From assembly GCA_051747585.1 (NCBI GenBank), contig JBNJGH010000026.1, forward strand, positions 1 through 34,252: DNA of 34,252 nt, in the 5' to 3' direction. The DNA comes from Candidatus Rifleibacteriota bacterium (GTDB lineage: Bacteria > Muiribacteriota > Ozemobacteria > Ozemobacterales > Ozemobacteraceae). The notes beneath the pieces were generated by a model that did no database searches, was not told where the DNA came from, and saw only the letters and a list, made by a program, of their open reading frames with translations. Below, in pieces: positions 1 to 8,839 of the stretch. Within the stretch, counting starts at the first letter, position 1, and each line of letters opens with the position of its first letter. A program made the translations under genes and the position numbers.

Positions 1-57
1 TGCGGGTTTTAAAAATATCAGACAAAATAGACCAAGAATAGTAAAAAGTTTTCTCAA
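1..57 (-). CDS. 5' end of a gene running off the left edge; probable secreted protein
   Basis: The minus strand reads AGGAG (68-64), then TTG at 57, giving MRKLFTILGLFCLIFLKPA..., which looks like a signal peptide. The frame is open to position 1. Not in the ORF track. Confidence 0.5.
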   Translation of the reverse strand, partial: MRKLFTILGLFCLIFLKPA

Positions 58-295
58 AGCTATCTCCTGTGGTGACTTTTATAACCAAAGCTATTTAAAT
101 GACCTGTTTTGTCAAAATTGTCATCAGGTTATAGCTATTCTCGGTTAAATTTTTAACTCATGATTTTGAGCTTGCCGAAGTGAAGCAATCTATAGCACTT
201 GAAGCGCTTTCTACTAGCCTATGGCTTATTACTGAAGACATTGGTTTTAAAAAATCTTTGTAAGATGTTATATTGAAAAACAGGAAGGGCTGGCA

Positions 296-646
296 ATGGC
301 AGGTAATATAGAATTTAAGTTTAATAACAAAGTTTTTATAGCAGAAATTTACGGTTACGCTGAAGTTCAGCTGATGGAAGAATTAGCCGAAAAATTCTTT
401 GAAAAGCTTGACGAAGGCTTTCAAAGCTTTATTTTTAATTTTTCCCACATGACTTTGATAAATTCTTCAGCCTTGGGCAAGTTACTTGAAATCATCTCTG
501 AAGCCATGGGAAACGACCAGATAAATCTTTCGTTCTGTTCAATTCCTTCCACCAGCAAACTTGGCATGTCAAGCCTTGGCATGCTTGAATTTGTAACGGA
601 GTATGATTCAATTGAAGAAGCCCTTGAAAATATTGTCTCTGTCTGA
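296..646 (+). CDS. STAS-domain anti-sigma-factor antagonist (RsbV/SpoIIAA-like), copy 1
   Basis: 116 aa. FIFNFSHMTLINSSALGKLL matches the STAS phospho-loop (canonical DSSG). Ends in EYDSIEEAL. Paralog of 20960..21307. Confidence 0.85.
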   Translation: MAGNIEFKFNNKVFIAEIYGYAEVQLMEELAEKFFEKLDEGFQSFIFNFSHMTLINSSALGKLLEIISEAMGNDQINLSFCSIPSTSKLGMSSLGMLEFVTEYDSIEEALENIVSV

Positions 647-659
647 CTGGATTAATCAT

Positions 660-691
660 TAAAAGCCATGTTGGCAAATAGCTGGCTTTTA
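660..691 (+). terminator. Possible intrinsic terminator after the STAS gene
   Basis: Inverted repeat TAAAAGCCA (660-668) / TGGCTTTTA (683-691), followed by TTTG. Confidence 0.4.
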
Positions 692-701
692 TTTGCTGCT
701 T

Positions 702-730
702 TTGCGAACATATAAAGCTAATGATATACT
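702..730 (+). promoter_or_regulatory. Sigma70-type promoter for module A
   Basis: TTGCGA (702-707), 17-nt spacer, TATACT (725-730) with an extended -10 TG. This favours ATG 772 over 721 as the start. Confidence 0.55.
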
Positions 731-771
731 TAGAAAGTCTATTCTATCTTCGACTTTCCGGAGTGACCAAA

Positions 772-2982
772 ATGTCTTTTAACGGCCGACGCAGTTCTAG
801 ATGTTGCGCCAGATCAGGCTTTGTTTTTTACCTTGTGTTGAGCCTCCTGATATTGTGGAGTGTCATGAGTTTTTCTCTCTCTGTTTTTAAAAGCGGGTCT
901 GTCAATCTTCTAAGTCGCACATCTATGCAAAGTCGTCTTACCTGCGCTGCAAACAGTGGGTTGAGTGAAATATGGGCCATTGCGAAACAAGAAGCAAACG
1001 ATAAAAAAGGCAAGGATGCTACCAACCACTTTTATGCTCTGCTTAATGACATTTTTACAAAAAATGACAATGAAATTCCGCCCAGAAGCATCTTTGTCAA
1101 AGAAAGACTTTTCCCTCCCCAATCCCTGCCGTTTGCAAATGTTTTAGCAAATGAAATTTCCGGCAACGCCATAAATGTAAATGGGCGATGCAAAATTTAT
1201 TTTACTAAAAGAATTAGAAAGTCACCAAAGGCTTTTCTTGGTCACATAGAGGTTATTGTAAAAGCCCAATCTACCGCCAACAGGCAAAAATTTATTGAAG
1301 TCAAAGAACGACGAGATTTTAAGATTATCGACACCAGGGATTTACTTGACCGCTATGCTCTTTACGTAAAAGATTTCAGTTTCGATTACAACACTACGGG
1401 GCAAAAGCTTGTTATAGAAGGTCTGGGGTCTCCGGTTCGTTCAAGCGTTTTTTTGGGTTCCAGATATTCTCCAGACTATGAGGCGTTTAAGGGCCTGACA
1501 GGACCGGCACCAATATTTTTCGATTTTAATTTTAGAAAAGACAAAGAATTGTTGACGTCACTACTTAACAATAATTACGCTCCCATTCCACCTGGCATTT
1601 CTGAAGTTCCATCTTCGAATCCTCAGGTACGTAAAAAAAGTTTGGGCAATATTTTCTGGTCTGTTCCAATGCCACTGAAGTTTAAGCCTGTATTTGGCCG
1701 CGGCAACTTTTCCGATAGTGATTTCTATACGGTAAAAGCTCTTCAGGATGGGTATTACAAGACCTTTGTCGAAACGGCACAAAAAACTGCTGCCGATGAG
1801 CACTCTCTTCCGGCGCTTATACTGGAAGACTGGCAGGATTGCGGCGGGGATTTCTCAAAGTCTCAGGTGTTCAGAATGGTTGTTACTACAAGCATAGACT
1901 CATGGTATTACCTCTATGCATACACTGATGCGCTGAGTTTATGGCAGGGAAACAACTGGACTGAGTTTGCACGCATATTTCAGTTTACTGGCTTAAATGA
2001 TTATATAAAATTTATGAAGAAATTTTATCCAAACAAAGCCATTGCCGGAAGCATGCCTCATATCTTTGGTGCCAATAGAAACACCCCGGTTACCGTTGAA
2101 GGAAATGTCTTTTTCAGATTTTTTAAGCTGGCATTTTTTGATGAATTCCAGGCATTCCTTACGCTTGGCGGCGAGCAAAAGAACCTCGGAATGCCGGCTA
2201 TTCCATTGCATTTTCAGGATCCTGCTGCCAGGAATTCTAACTTTTTGAATAAAGAAGTTAGAATTCACGGCTTAGAAAAACAGCTTATGAGCCGTGAAGT
2301 CAACGAAATCCCGGTCAATTCACTTTTCGCTGCTGGAGTTGCTTCGCTTCCTGCCGGGGTATCCAAGCCATCCAAAGTTTTCCCAACAGTTGCCATTGAT
2401 GCTATTTCTTACAGATACAAGACCCCCGAGAAGTTCCTGCAAGAAAATACTATTGACCTTGGCAATGGCAAAAAGAGGTTGCGGGTTGATGGTCATATGT
2501 TCATAGAAAAAGGAAATCTTGACCTTAGCGATTACAGCTCATTCACCGGACAGGGACTGATATGGATCGGGTTTAGAGGTAATGTTTTGCTGGGAGACCT
2601 GGCAAAGTCGAAGCCTTCAGATATTCTTAAAATCTGGGCTCAGGACGGAAATTTTATAGTTAAAAGTTCGAAACCTGACGTAAAAATATCCGCATCATTG
2701 ATAGCCACCACCTATTTCTCTGACCCCCAGAGGGATAGGCGATCAATTAATAACCGCGGGAAGTTTGTGGCAAACCGACATGGAGTTGAAATTAACGGGA
2801 ATCTCGTTGTTGATTACTTATTTCTAGCTGACAAGAGCTATGGGATTCCCGAAGGGAAAAAACTTACAATAAAGCATGATCCCTTTCTCTTTTCAGCAGT
2901 TTATCCCAAGTGGACCACAATCGGTCCGGTTAGAACCATTTACAGCGTAAACGCCGATTATCAGGACCGGGTTCTAAATTAG
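772..2982 (+). CDS. Large PilX/GspK-like pseudopilin (module A) with a beta-rich C-terminal region
   Basis: RBS GGAG at 760-763, ATG at 772. Basic leader RRSSRCCARSG|FVFYLVLSLLILW is a class III signal without Glu+5. PilX-like AANSG motif. The C-terminus has repeated short beta strands (VDGHMFIEKGNL, FTGQGLIWI, INGNLVVD). Confidence 0.65.
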   Translation: MSFNGRRSSRCCARSGFVFYLVLSLLILWSVMSFSLSVFKSGSVNLLSRTSMQSRLTCAANSGLSEIWAIAKQEANDKKGKDATNHFYALLNDIFTKNDNEIPPRSIFVKERLFPPQSLPFANVLANEISGNAINVNGRCKIYFTKRIRKSPKAFLGHIEVIVKAQSTANRQKFIEVKERRDFKIIDTRDLLDRYALYVKDFSFDYNTTGQKLVIEGLGSPVRSSVFLGSRYSPDYEAFKGLTGPAPIFFDFNFRKDKELLTSLLNNNYAPIPPGISEVPSSNPQVRKKSLGNIFWSVPMPLKFKPVFGRGNFSDSDFYTVKALQDGYYKTFVETAQKTAADEHSLPALILEDWQDCGGDFSKSQVFRMVVTTSIDSWYYLYAYTDALSLWQGNNWTEFARIFQFTGLNDYIKFMKKFYPNKAIAGSMPHIFGANRNTPVTVEGNVFFRFFKLAFFDEFQAFLTLGGEQKNLGMPAIPLHFQDPAARNSNFLNKEVRIHGLEKQLMSREVNEIPVNSLFAAGVASLPAGVSKPSKVFPTVAIDAISYRYKTPEKFLQENTIDLGNGKKRLRVDGHMFIEKGNLDLSDYSSFTGQGLIWIGFRGNVLLGDLAKSKPSDILKIWAQDGNFIVKSSKPDVKISASLIATTYFSDPQRDRRSINNRGKFVANRHGVEINGNLVVDYLFLADKSYGIPEGKKLTIKHDPFLFSAVYPKWTTIGPVRTIYSVNADYQDRVLN

Positions 2983-3016
2983 CCCGGGAAGCAGAATTTA
3001 TAGCAAGGAGGCATAG

Positions 3017-5212
3017 ATGGCAGAAGATAATGCTGAAAGTATTTCGCTGCAAGATTTGCAAATCAATCTGTGCCTTGAGGATATAAATTCGCCTGATTCT
3101 CTGGTCAGGCAATTTGCAATTACTCAACTGCAGAATTTTACCGGAAATAAAACCGTTATCTCTGCATTGGAAGCCCGTCGTAAAATCGAAGAAAACATTG
3201 AATGTCTGAATGATTTGAACGAGATTTTAAGCCTCTCAACTCCAGGCAATTCTCAGGTCAGCATTTCTGAAATTGATCGTCCCCAAACTACCGATGAAAT
3301 TATCGGTCTCTGGAATACAATTCCTCCCGCACAACTTGGTGAACTGGTAAAACAGGTCAAAAACTTTGAAGTAGACGAGCAGATAAAGGTATGTTGTGAA
3401 ATCCTTTGTCGACAATTTTCTGCCGCACAAATCATCCCAATTTTGTCTCTCAGCCGGAAGGTCATGATGAATGAGCGGGTTATTAATTGTCTGGAAAAAT
3501 TGCTCAACACTCAAAGTTCTCTGCTGCTTGCTAGAATTGTTGCCCTCTTGACGAGATTGAAACCCGCCAAACTTATTGCGCATCTTCCCAGGCTTTTAAT
3601 CAACAAAAACTTGCAGGTTCGCCTGGCAGCTATCAAAGCTCTGTATCTTTTGTCAAAGCCAGAGGCAATAAGGCTGTTAACCGAGTTAATGTTTTCAAAG
3701 AATACCAGCAATCGACAGTATGCCTTTTCTTTTCTTTTTCTTCTCCCTTTCTCCGATACGGGGGATATCGTGCTGCGCCTGATCGAACAAGCAGATTTGC
3801 CCAAAAGTCTTGACCGTATAATTCGCTACCTGATTTATAACAACCCGGATCAGGTATTCTTTCGGCGCATCACTATTTCTTATCTTTTGCATGGTAGGAG
3901 AATAGCTGCCTTAAAAAGTTACTGTTTGCTTGCAGCAAAATCTCTGGTCGTTTCAGGGCTGGTTAAAAAAAGCAGCAAAGAACTAATCAGTGAATCTCAG
4001 GAAGCGGCAAAGAAATTTATTTTACGGCACAGGAGTCAGCAAGCTGCAGAGCTGGAACAGAAGAAGTTTGAAATCTCTGAGTCTCATCATAATACTGAAC
4101 TTGAAAATCTTTCTAAGATACCGGATTTTTCACAGGAACAGATCGCGAAGCTGTTATATGTTTGCCACAGCCTGACAAAAACAGAAGAAATTTCGGCAGC
4201 TATCAGGTTGATCAACAAACATCAATTGGGCACTGATGCATTCTGCTTATGGCTTGAAAGTCTTTTGAGTAGCGATTCTGTTGAGGTTGTTTGCCTGGCA
4301 ATTGACTCTTTGCTGCAATTGAATAAGAAAAGAATTTGGGCCCATCTCTCAGTTCTGGTGTTTCACAAAGATCCAATGGTTGCTGAAAAAAGTCTTAAAA
4401 TATTCAACCGCGAGTTTCCTGAAAAACTGCTTGATAAATTGAAACTCTGGATTAAGGATGATGACTCCAAAATTCGGGCTGTGGCCTATAAGGGACTTCT
4501 GGAAACAGAATTTTTGCAAGCCCGGGAGTTAATATTGGATTTCTTGAAAAGCTCCTCAAATCTTGAATTGATAAAGTATTTTGGTTCTATTCTTGTTCTG
4601 AATCCCGATCGTTTGACGGTTTATAAGCTTAAAGACCTGTCTACAAAGTGTCCAGACAAAAAGAGAAAACTTCTGATTCAATTGGCCGGCGAAATAGACT
4701 CAGAACTAGGGGTAAATGAAGAAAACCCAGGGGCTTTGCAGGCGATCATTGACGAAGTCGGGCTCAGAGAACAATGGGAAGACATACTGTTAAAAATCAA
4801 ACGAATCAGCTACGATAACCAAAGTCCAGATTTTGGCGACCTGATCAGATCGAAATCTTTCAATATAGTTCTAGTTGGTTTAGTTTTTTTTGCTTTTTTA
4901 TTATTCTTTTTTCAATTCAGACTTTCAGCTCCCACAAAGAAAATTACTTCTCAAGGTAATCAGGAAAAAACGGTTTATTCTTACTCTCCTGGTAAAGAAA
5001 CAGAACCTGCAACTGAATACAGCACTTCTCATCCGTGGGATTATCAGCTGCCTGAATTAGCTACTCCTCCTTCGAGCCTTTACAATACTTTATCTGAAGA
5101 AGAACTTGTGGCATTGCACGAAAACTTAATAAAGGAAACAGGCTCTTCTGTATTAGAATTCCCTTTGGATGACTATAAAATTTATCTGGAAGAAAGGTTT
5201 CCAAATGAATAG
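3017..5212 (+). CDS. HEAT-repeat protein with a C-terminal TM anchor (module A)
   Basis: RBS AGGAGG. HEAT-like units (NKNLQVRLAAIKAL, DDDSKIRAVAYKGL). Single TM IVLVGLVFFAFLLFFF near aa 617-633. Homologous to 18752..20947. Confidence 0.75.
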   Translation: MAEDNAESISLQDLQINLCLEDINSPDSLVRQFAITQLQNFTGNKTVISALEARRKIEENIECLNDLNEILSLSTPGNSQVSISEIDRPQTTDEIIGLWNTIPPAQLGELVKQVKNFEVDEQIKVCCEILCRQFSAAQIIPILSLSRKVMMNERVINCLEKLLNTQSSLLLARIVALLTRLKPAKLIAHLPRLLINKNLQVRLAAIKALYLLSKPEAIRLLTELMFSKNTSNRQYAFSFLFLLPFSDTGDIVLRLIEQADLPKSLDRIIRYLIYNNPDQVFFRRITISYLLHGRRIAALKSYCLLAAKSLVVSGLVKKSSKELISESQEAAKKFILRHRSQQAAELEQKKFEISESHHNTELENLSKIPDFSQEQIAKLLYVCHSLTKTEEISAAIRLINKHQLGTDAFCLWLESLLSSDSVEVVCLAIDSLLQLNKKRIWAHLSVLVFHKDPMVAEKSLKIFNREFPEKLLDKLKLWIKDDDSKIRAVAYKGLLETEFLQARELILDFLKSSSNLELIKYFGSILVLNPDRLTVYKLKDLSTKCPDKKRKLLIQLAGEIDSELGVNEENPGALQAIIDEVGLREQWEDILLKIKRISYDNQSPDFGDLIRSKSFNIVLVGLVFFAFLLFFFQFRLSAPTKKITSQGNQEKTVYSYSPGKETEPATEYSTSHPWDYQLPELATPPSSLYNTLSEEELVALHENLIKETGSSVLEFPLDDYKIYLEERFPNE

Positions 5213-5774
5213 TTTCCGCAGAATAAATTACGCAAGCTTAATGTTTAAAATAGGTTGCGGATTCTCTTACCTTGAAATCATTGCAGCAGTAGCTGTTTTT
5301 GCAATATTGGCGATTCCTATCTACCAGACAATGCACAATGTCCAATCGGACACCTCTAAAAGCATAAATTATTTCAGGGCAATGGAACTTGCGAATGAAG
5401 CAATTGAATATGTCAAGTTGTTACCTGTTGATGATGAGTTCAAAATGAAAGCAGAGGGCATATCTGGAAGCTTGTTGGTTGAACGACCATCAAGCCTGGA
5501 AGCTGCAAAGATTCCTGCCGGTGAAAATCCTGAATATAGCGACATTCTTCAATCTGAAATTCAATATTCAAGTCAGTATAATCCTGCCCACTTTTATAGA
5601 ACCGTAGAAGTTGCTGATCTGAGCGGGAATGAATATTCCGGGTTTTTAAAAAAAGTTGTGGTAACCGTGTACTGGGAGAGCGGGGTTGCGATTAACAACC
5701 TTCATGATCCTGGCAACAGGTCTAAAAAGGTCGTATTGGCCAGTCTTATTACAAATTGGACCGCACAGCCATGA
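5205..5774 (+). CDS. Prepilin-type N-methylation protein, PilV/GspI-like (module A)
   Basis: G|FSYLEIIAAVAVFAILAIPI with Glu+5. C-terminal LKKVVVTVYW strand. Likely ATG 5205 overlaps the upstream stop (track start is 5169). Confidence 0.8.
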   Translation: MNSFRRINYASLMFKIGCGFSYLEIIAAVAVFAILAIPIYQTMHNVQSDTSKSINYFRAMELANEAIEYVKLLPVDDEFKMKAEGISGSLLVERPSSLEAAKIPAGENPEYSDILQSEIQYSSQYNPAHFYRTVEVADLSGNEYSGFLKKVVVTVYWESGVAINNLHDPGNRSKKVVLASLITNWTAQP

Positions 5775-6448
5775 AAAAAGGAATTATTTACCAAAAGCAT
5801 GGAATTACATTAATCGAAATTGTTACGGGCACCGTCATTATAAGCTTTATTTTTTTTATGATTACCAACTTTGCAAGCAATATGGCGTTTCAATATAAAC
5901 ACAGCTTTGTAGATTTGGAAAATTTTCGTATTGCCCATCAGGCAGTAAATCAATTAAGGCGTGATTATAACATGGCTTGCCCCTTTATTACTTCCAAAGA
6001 TGGAATAGAAGAGTTGAAAAGGTTTCTGGGGCGACCGTTGGCTATTTCAAAAGATCAGGGGAAGTTTGTCGGTGCAAATCGTAGAATAAGAATTACCCCC
6101 AGAAAACTGACTTTTTTCAAATTTGCCGAATTTGGCTTCAGTAAAAGTTCTCAACCGATGGTTGAAGAGGTTGAATACAGTTTTGATTCAAAGAAGCGGC
6201 AATTAACCAGAACATCCGCGGGCAAAACTACTCGGTTTAAAGGTTTTGCAGAAGTGGAATTTAAATCGTTCGTTCATATGGGGAACAATTTAACTCCGGT
6301 ATTATGGGTGAAATTTGTTCTTGATAATGACTTTTACAAAGGAAACGAAAAACCATTGGAGCTTACCGTCAGTATCGCCAGTAATTTTGTTAATGATGCA
6401 ATCAATCACAGTGGCTGGCAATATCGAACGTTTCATCAACTAAATTAA
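5771..6448 (+). CDS. Prepilin-type N-methylation protein, PilW/GspJ-like (module A)
   Basis: KHG|ITLIEIVTGTVII with Glu+5. QLRRD motif after the long helix. ATGA overlap with the previous gene. Confidence 0.8.
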   Translation: MKKGIIYQKHGITLIEIVTGTVIISFIFFMITNFASNMAFQYKHSFVDLENFRIAHQAVNQLRRDYNMACPFITSKDGIEELKRFLGRPLAISKDQGKFVGANRRIRITPRKLTFFKFAEFGFSKSSQPMVEEVEYSFDSKKRQLTRTSAGKTTRFKGFAEVEFKSFVHMGNNLTPVLWVKFVLDNDFYKGNEKPLELTVSIASNFVNDAINHSGWQYRTFHQLN

Positions 6449-6520
6449 AATTGGAAATTACATTTTTTATGGTCTATACGTTCTGAATAATGGATTTAAT
6501 TTGTCTAACGGAGGGGAACA

Positions 6521-7576
6521 ATGTACATAGGATTCAGGAAAAGTTATGTAATGACCTTTTTGCTGGTGTTCTCAATGGTTTTTCAGCCAATTGTTTTTGA
6601 AGCAGTTCTTTTTGCTGAAACAAACGCTCAGGTTTCTACAGTTAACGATTCGAATACCCAGACTCAAAGCGCGAGCGAAGAATTAAACGCCGTTGATACC
6701 GGTAAGTTTAAAATTGATATGAACTGGCTGCAAAAATTAGGCGTTTCCATAGGGAATCTTTTTAAAAAAGGTCTTAAAAAGAAAATTAAGAAAGCCCAGA
6801 AACAAGCAAAAGAGGCTGCAGCAGAAACAGAAGAAAGCAAAGTGAAAGTTGCTGAAGGTGCAGAGGATTCAAACGCCGCAACGACAGGGACAAAGTCGGC
6901 GGTAGGTACTTCAAGGTCTGCCAGAACTAAAGAGAATTTGACGGCTGCGTCCGGTGCCAGAAGCAAAGCTCAGGCAGGCCTGCAGAAGGTTGGTGAGCAA
7001 TTGGAGGGAGTAGCTCAATCACTTTCACAGATAAGTATGACATTGGGGGTTATTGGACAGGCCTGCTCGGCTATGAGTGCTATTCCTTATGTGGGAGCTG
7101 TTATGGGAATGGTTGGCGGGGTTTTGTCGTATGTCTCGGGCTTATTGTCCAAAATTTCGGCCGTTATAAAAGTTGCCGCTGCGGCCGTTATTGCAGCAGC
7201 TAACGCCGCCCGGATAAGCGACGTTGATTTTGATAAATATTCAGAAGAGGCAGCAGAAGCCTGGAAAAATTCGGGTAACGAAAATGAGCCTCCAGAAGAA
7301 GAAGAATTACTCGTGCCTCCAGAAGGACCAGATACTGGAAGGCCGGACATGGAACTCCCGGAAAACTACGCTGGTGACGATGACTCCTACGAAGGCAGCC
7401 CAAGCGGCTCAGTAAACGAACCTATTATTCCCGGCCAGGAATCTTCTCCCGACAATGAAGAACCTCAAATTCGTCATCCCGAAGAATATCCCGGCAATAG
7501 AGGATCTGGTTTGGCTAAGCCAGATTATGACAAAATCCGTGGAGAATTCAATGACCCCCAAGACGATTCCGAGTAG
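6521..7576 (+). CDS. Secreted hypothetical protein with a central hydrophobic hairpin and an acidic Pro-rich tail
   Basis: RBS GGAGG. N-terminal signal-like segment, Lys/Ala-rich helix, ~60-aa Gly/Ala/Val-rich hydrophobic stretch, E/D/P-rich C-terminus. Confidence 0.75.
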   Translation: MYIGFRKSYVMTFLLVFSMVFQPIVFEAVLFAETNAQVSTVNDSNTQTQSASEELNAVDTGKFKIDMNWLQKLGVSIGNLFKKGLKKKIKKAQKQAKEAAAETEESKVKVAEGAEDSNAATTGTKSAVGTSRSARTKENLTAASGARSKAQAGLQKVGEQLEGVAQSLSQISMTLGVIGQACSAMSAIPYVGAVMGMVGGVLSYVSGLLSKISAVIKVAAAAVIAAANAARISDVDFDKYSEEAAEAWKNSGNENEPPEEEELLVPPEGPDTGRPDMELPENYAGDDDSYEGSPSGSVNEPIIPGQESSPDNEEPQIRHPEEYPGNRGSGLAKPDYDKIRGEFNDPQDDSE

Positions 7577-7621
7577 TATTGACACGCATATGAATTCAAA
7601 TGTGTAGTTTAATTTAAGAGT

Positions 7622-7661
7622 GCATGATCAGGCAAAGTATCTTTACCTTGCCTGATCATGC
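7622..7661 (+). terminator. Hairpin / probable intrinsic terminator ending module A
   Basis: Perfect 14-bp inverted repeat GCATGATCAGGCAA (7622-7635) / TTGCCTGATCATGC (7648-7661), followed by TAAACTTTT. Confidence 0.65.
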
Positions 7662-7704
7662 TAAACTTTTAGATATTATATATTCTAGTTTGATAGGAAT
7701 CTAA

Positions 7705-7902
7705 TTGAACGGGAATCGCATAGTAGCACAGGCAAATATAATCAGAGAACTACTCTTTGATCTGTCTTCCGATGAAAAAACGGTGCGTATTGGGGCCATT
7801 CGTGGGCTCATTCAATTTGCCTCCCATGATGGCGTGGAAGAAGCGGTTCGAAAAAGCTTAGTAGTTGAGCAAGATCCCTTCTGCCGACAGTGATTAGAAG
7901 AG
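7705..7902 (+). pseudogene. Truncated tandem duplicate of the 5' end of the 7910 HEAT gene
   Basis: LFDLSSDEKTVRIGAIRGLIQFA..GVEEAV..E.DP.C matches LFDLSSDERTIRVGAIRGLINFA..GVEEAV..EKDPVC. Similarity continues past the TGA at 7891-7893 (Q*LEE vs QGLEE). Confidence 0.6.
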
Positions 7903-7909
7903 GAAGGAA

Positions 7910-8830
7910 ATGAACAGGCAAAATGAAGCTCAAAAGAAGATGGTCAAGGGGTTTCTTTTTGACCTGTCTTCAGACGAAAGAACTATCAGGGTTGGTGCAA
8001 TTCGCGGACTGATAAACTTTGCAACGGCCGAGGGGGTAGAAGAGGCAGTCAAGCAGCGGATTCCCCATGAGAAAGACCCTGTTTGTCTGCAAGGGCTTGA
8101 AGAAATACTTAGAATTTGCGGGCAAAAATCAGACAAGGTTAAATTTAGACTGGTCGACAGAACAAGTAATAAAGCAGCTCCATCTCCGGTTAGCAGTAAC
8201 TCTGTATCAATTAAACCGAAATTGGAAAACCAACGGCAAAAGCCGGTTGAAAATAAATTCAACCGGACTTCATCGGGGATATCGAATGAGCCGCTGCAAG
8301 GCAAAACAGACGATAGCAGTTTAAATGTAAAAGAGTCAGATGCGGGCAACAATGATTTGTCGGCAATGACGGCTAAAGCTACTGAAACACAGTTGAACTG
8401 GAAGTTAAGATTAAAAAATATGCTGGACTGGGCTGGTCGGAATGATTTACGGGTTTCTGAGCCGGGCGCAACAATTATTGGTATTGTACTGGTTTGCTTT
8501 GTGGCATTTATTTCTTATAATTTAGTTGGAACCGATAAAAGATACACTTCAGGCACCCGCGCCCGCGGATCTTTGCCGGCTAAAAAACAAAATCCCGGAG
8601 CAATTCAAACAACCGACTTAAGTCCGGGGGAATCATTAAAAGGCACTTTGAAAGAATACAATATTTTTGGGCAGAGCTGGTTGTTTCTGTCTGATGATGA
8701 TCGACTTTTTAGATTGAAGCTCGGTGTGTCACCAAGCTTTTTTCGGGTCGAAGAAAAGGTGAAGGTAAAAGTCGAGAGTTGTGAAAAAAATTCTCTCGGC
8801 CACACTGTCATAATCGGGAAAGTTGAATAG
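7910..8830 (+). CDS. Short HEAT + TM + beta-rich-domain protein (module B)
   Basis: One N-terminal HEAT-like unit, low-complexity linker, TM IIGIVLVCFVAFISY. The C-terminal domain resembles the end of 18752..20947. Confidence 0.75.
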   Translation: MNRQNEAQKKMVKGFLFDLSSDERTIRVGAIRGLINFATAEGVEEAVKQRIPHEKDPVCLQGLEEILRICGQKSDKVKFRLVDRTSNKAAPSPVSSNSVSIKPKLENQRQKPVENKFNRTSSGISNEPLQGKTDDSSLNVKESDAGNNDLSAMTAKATETQLNWKLRLKNMLDWAGRNDLRVSEPGATIIGIVLVCFVAFISYNLVGTDKRYTSGTRARGSLPAKKQNPGAIQTTDLSPGESLKGTLKEYNIFGQSWLFLSDDDRLFRLKLGVSPSFFRVEEKVKVKVESCEKNSLGHTVIIGKVE

Positions 8831-8839
8831 AGGTTTTTG

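Noticed and set aside
7579..7610. TTGACA -35 box upstream of module B
   Set aside because: There is no acceptable -10 at 16-18 nt spacing, and it lies before the terminator hairpin.
7891..7893. TGA aligned to Gly, suggesting genetic code 25 (UGA=Gly)
   Set aside because: TGA ends the 9352 gene at exactly the position where its paralog ends in TAA (EPW*). Long ORFs are intact under the standard code, and read-through would not join 7910 in frame.
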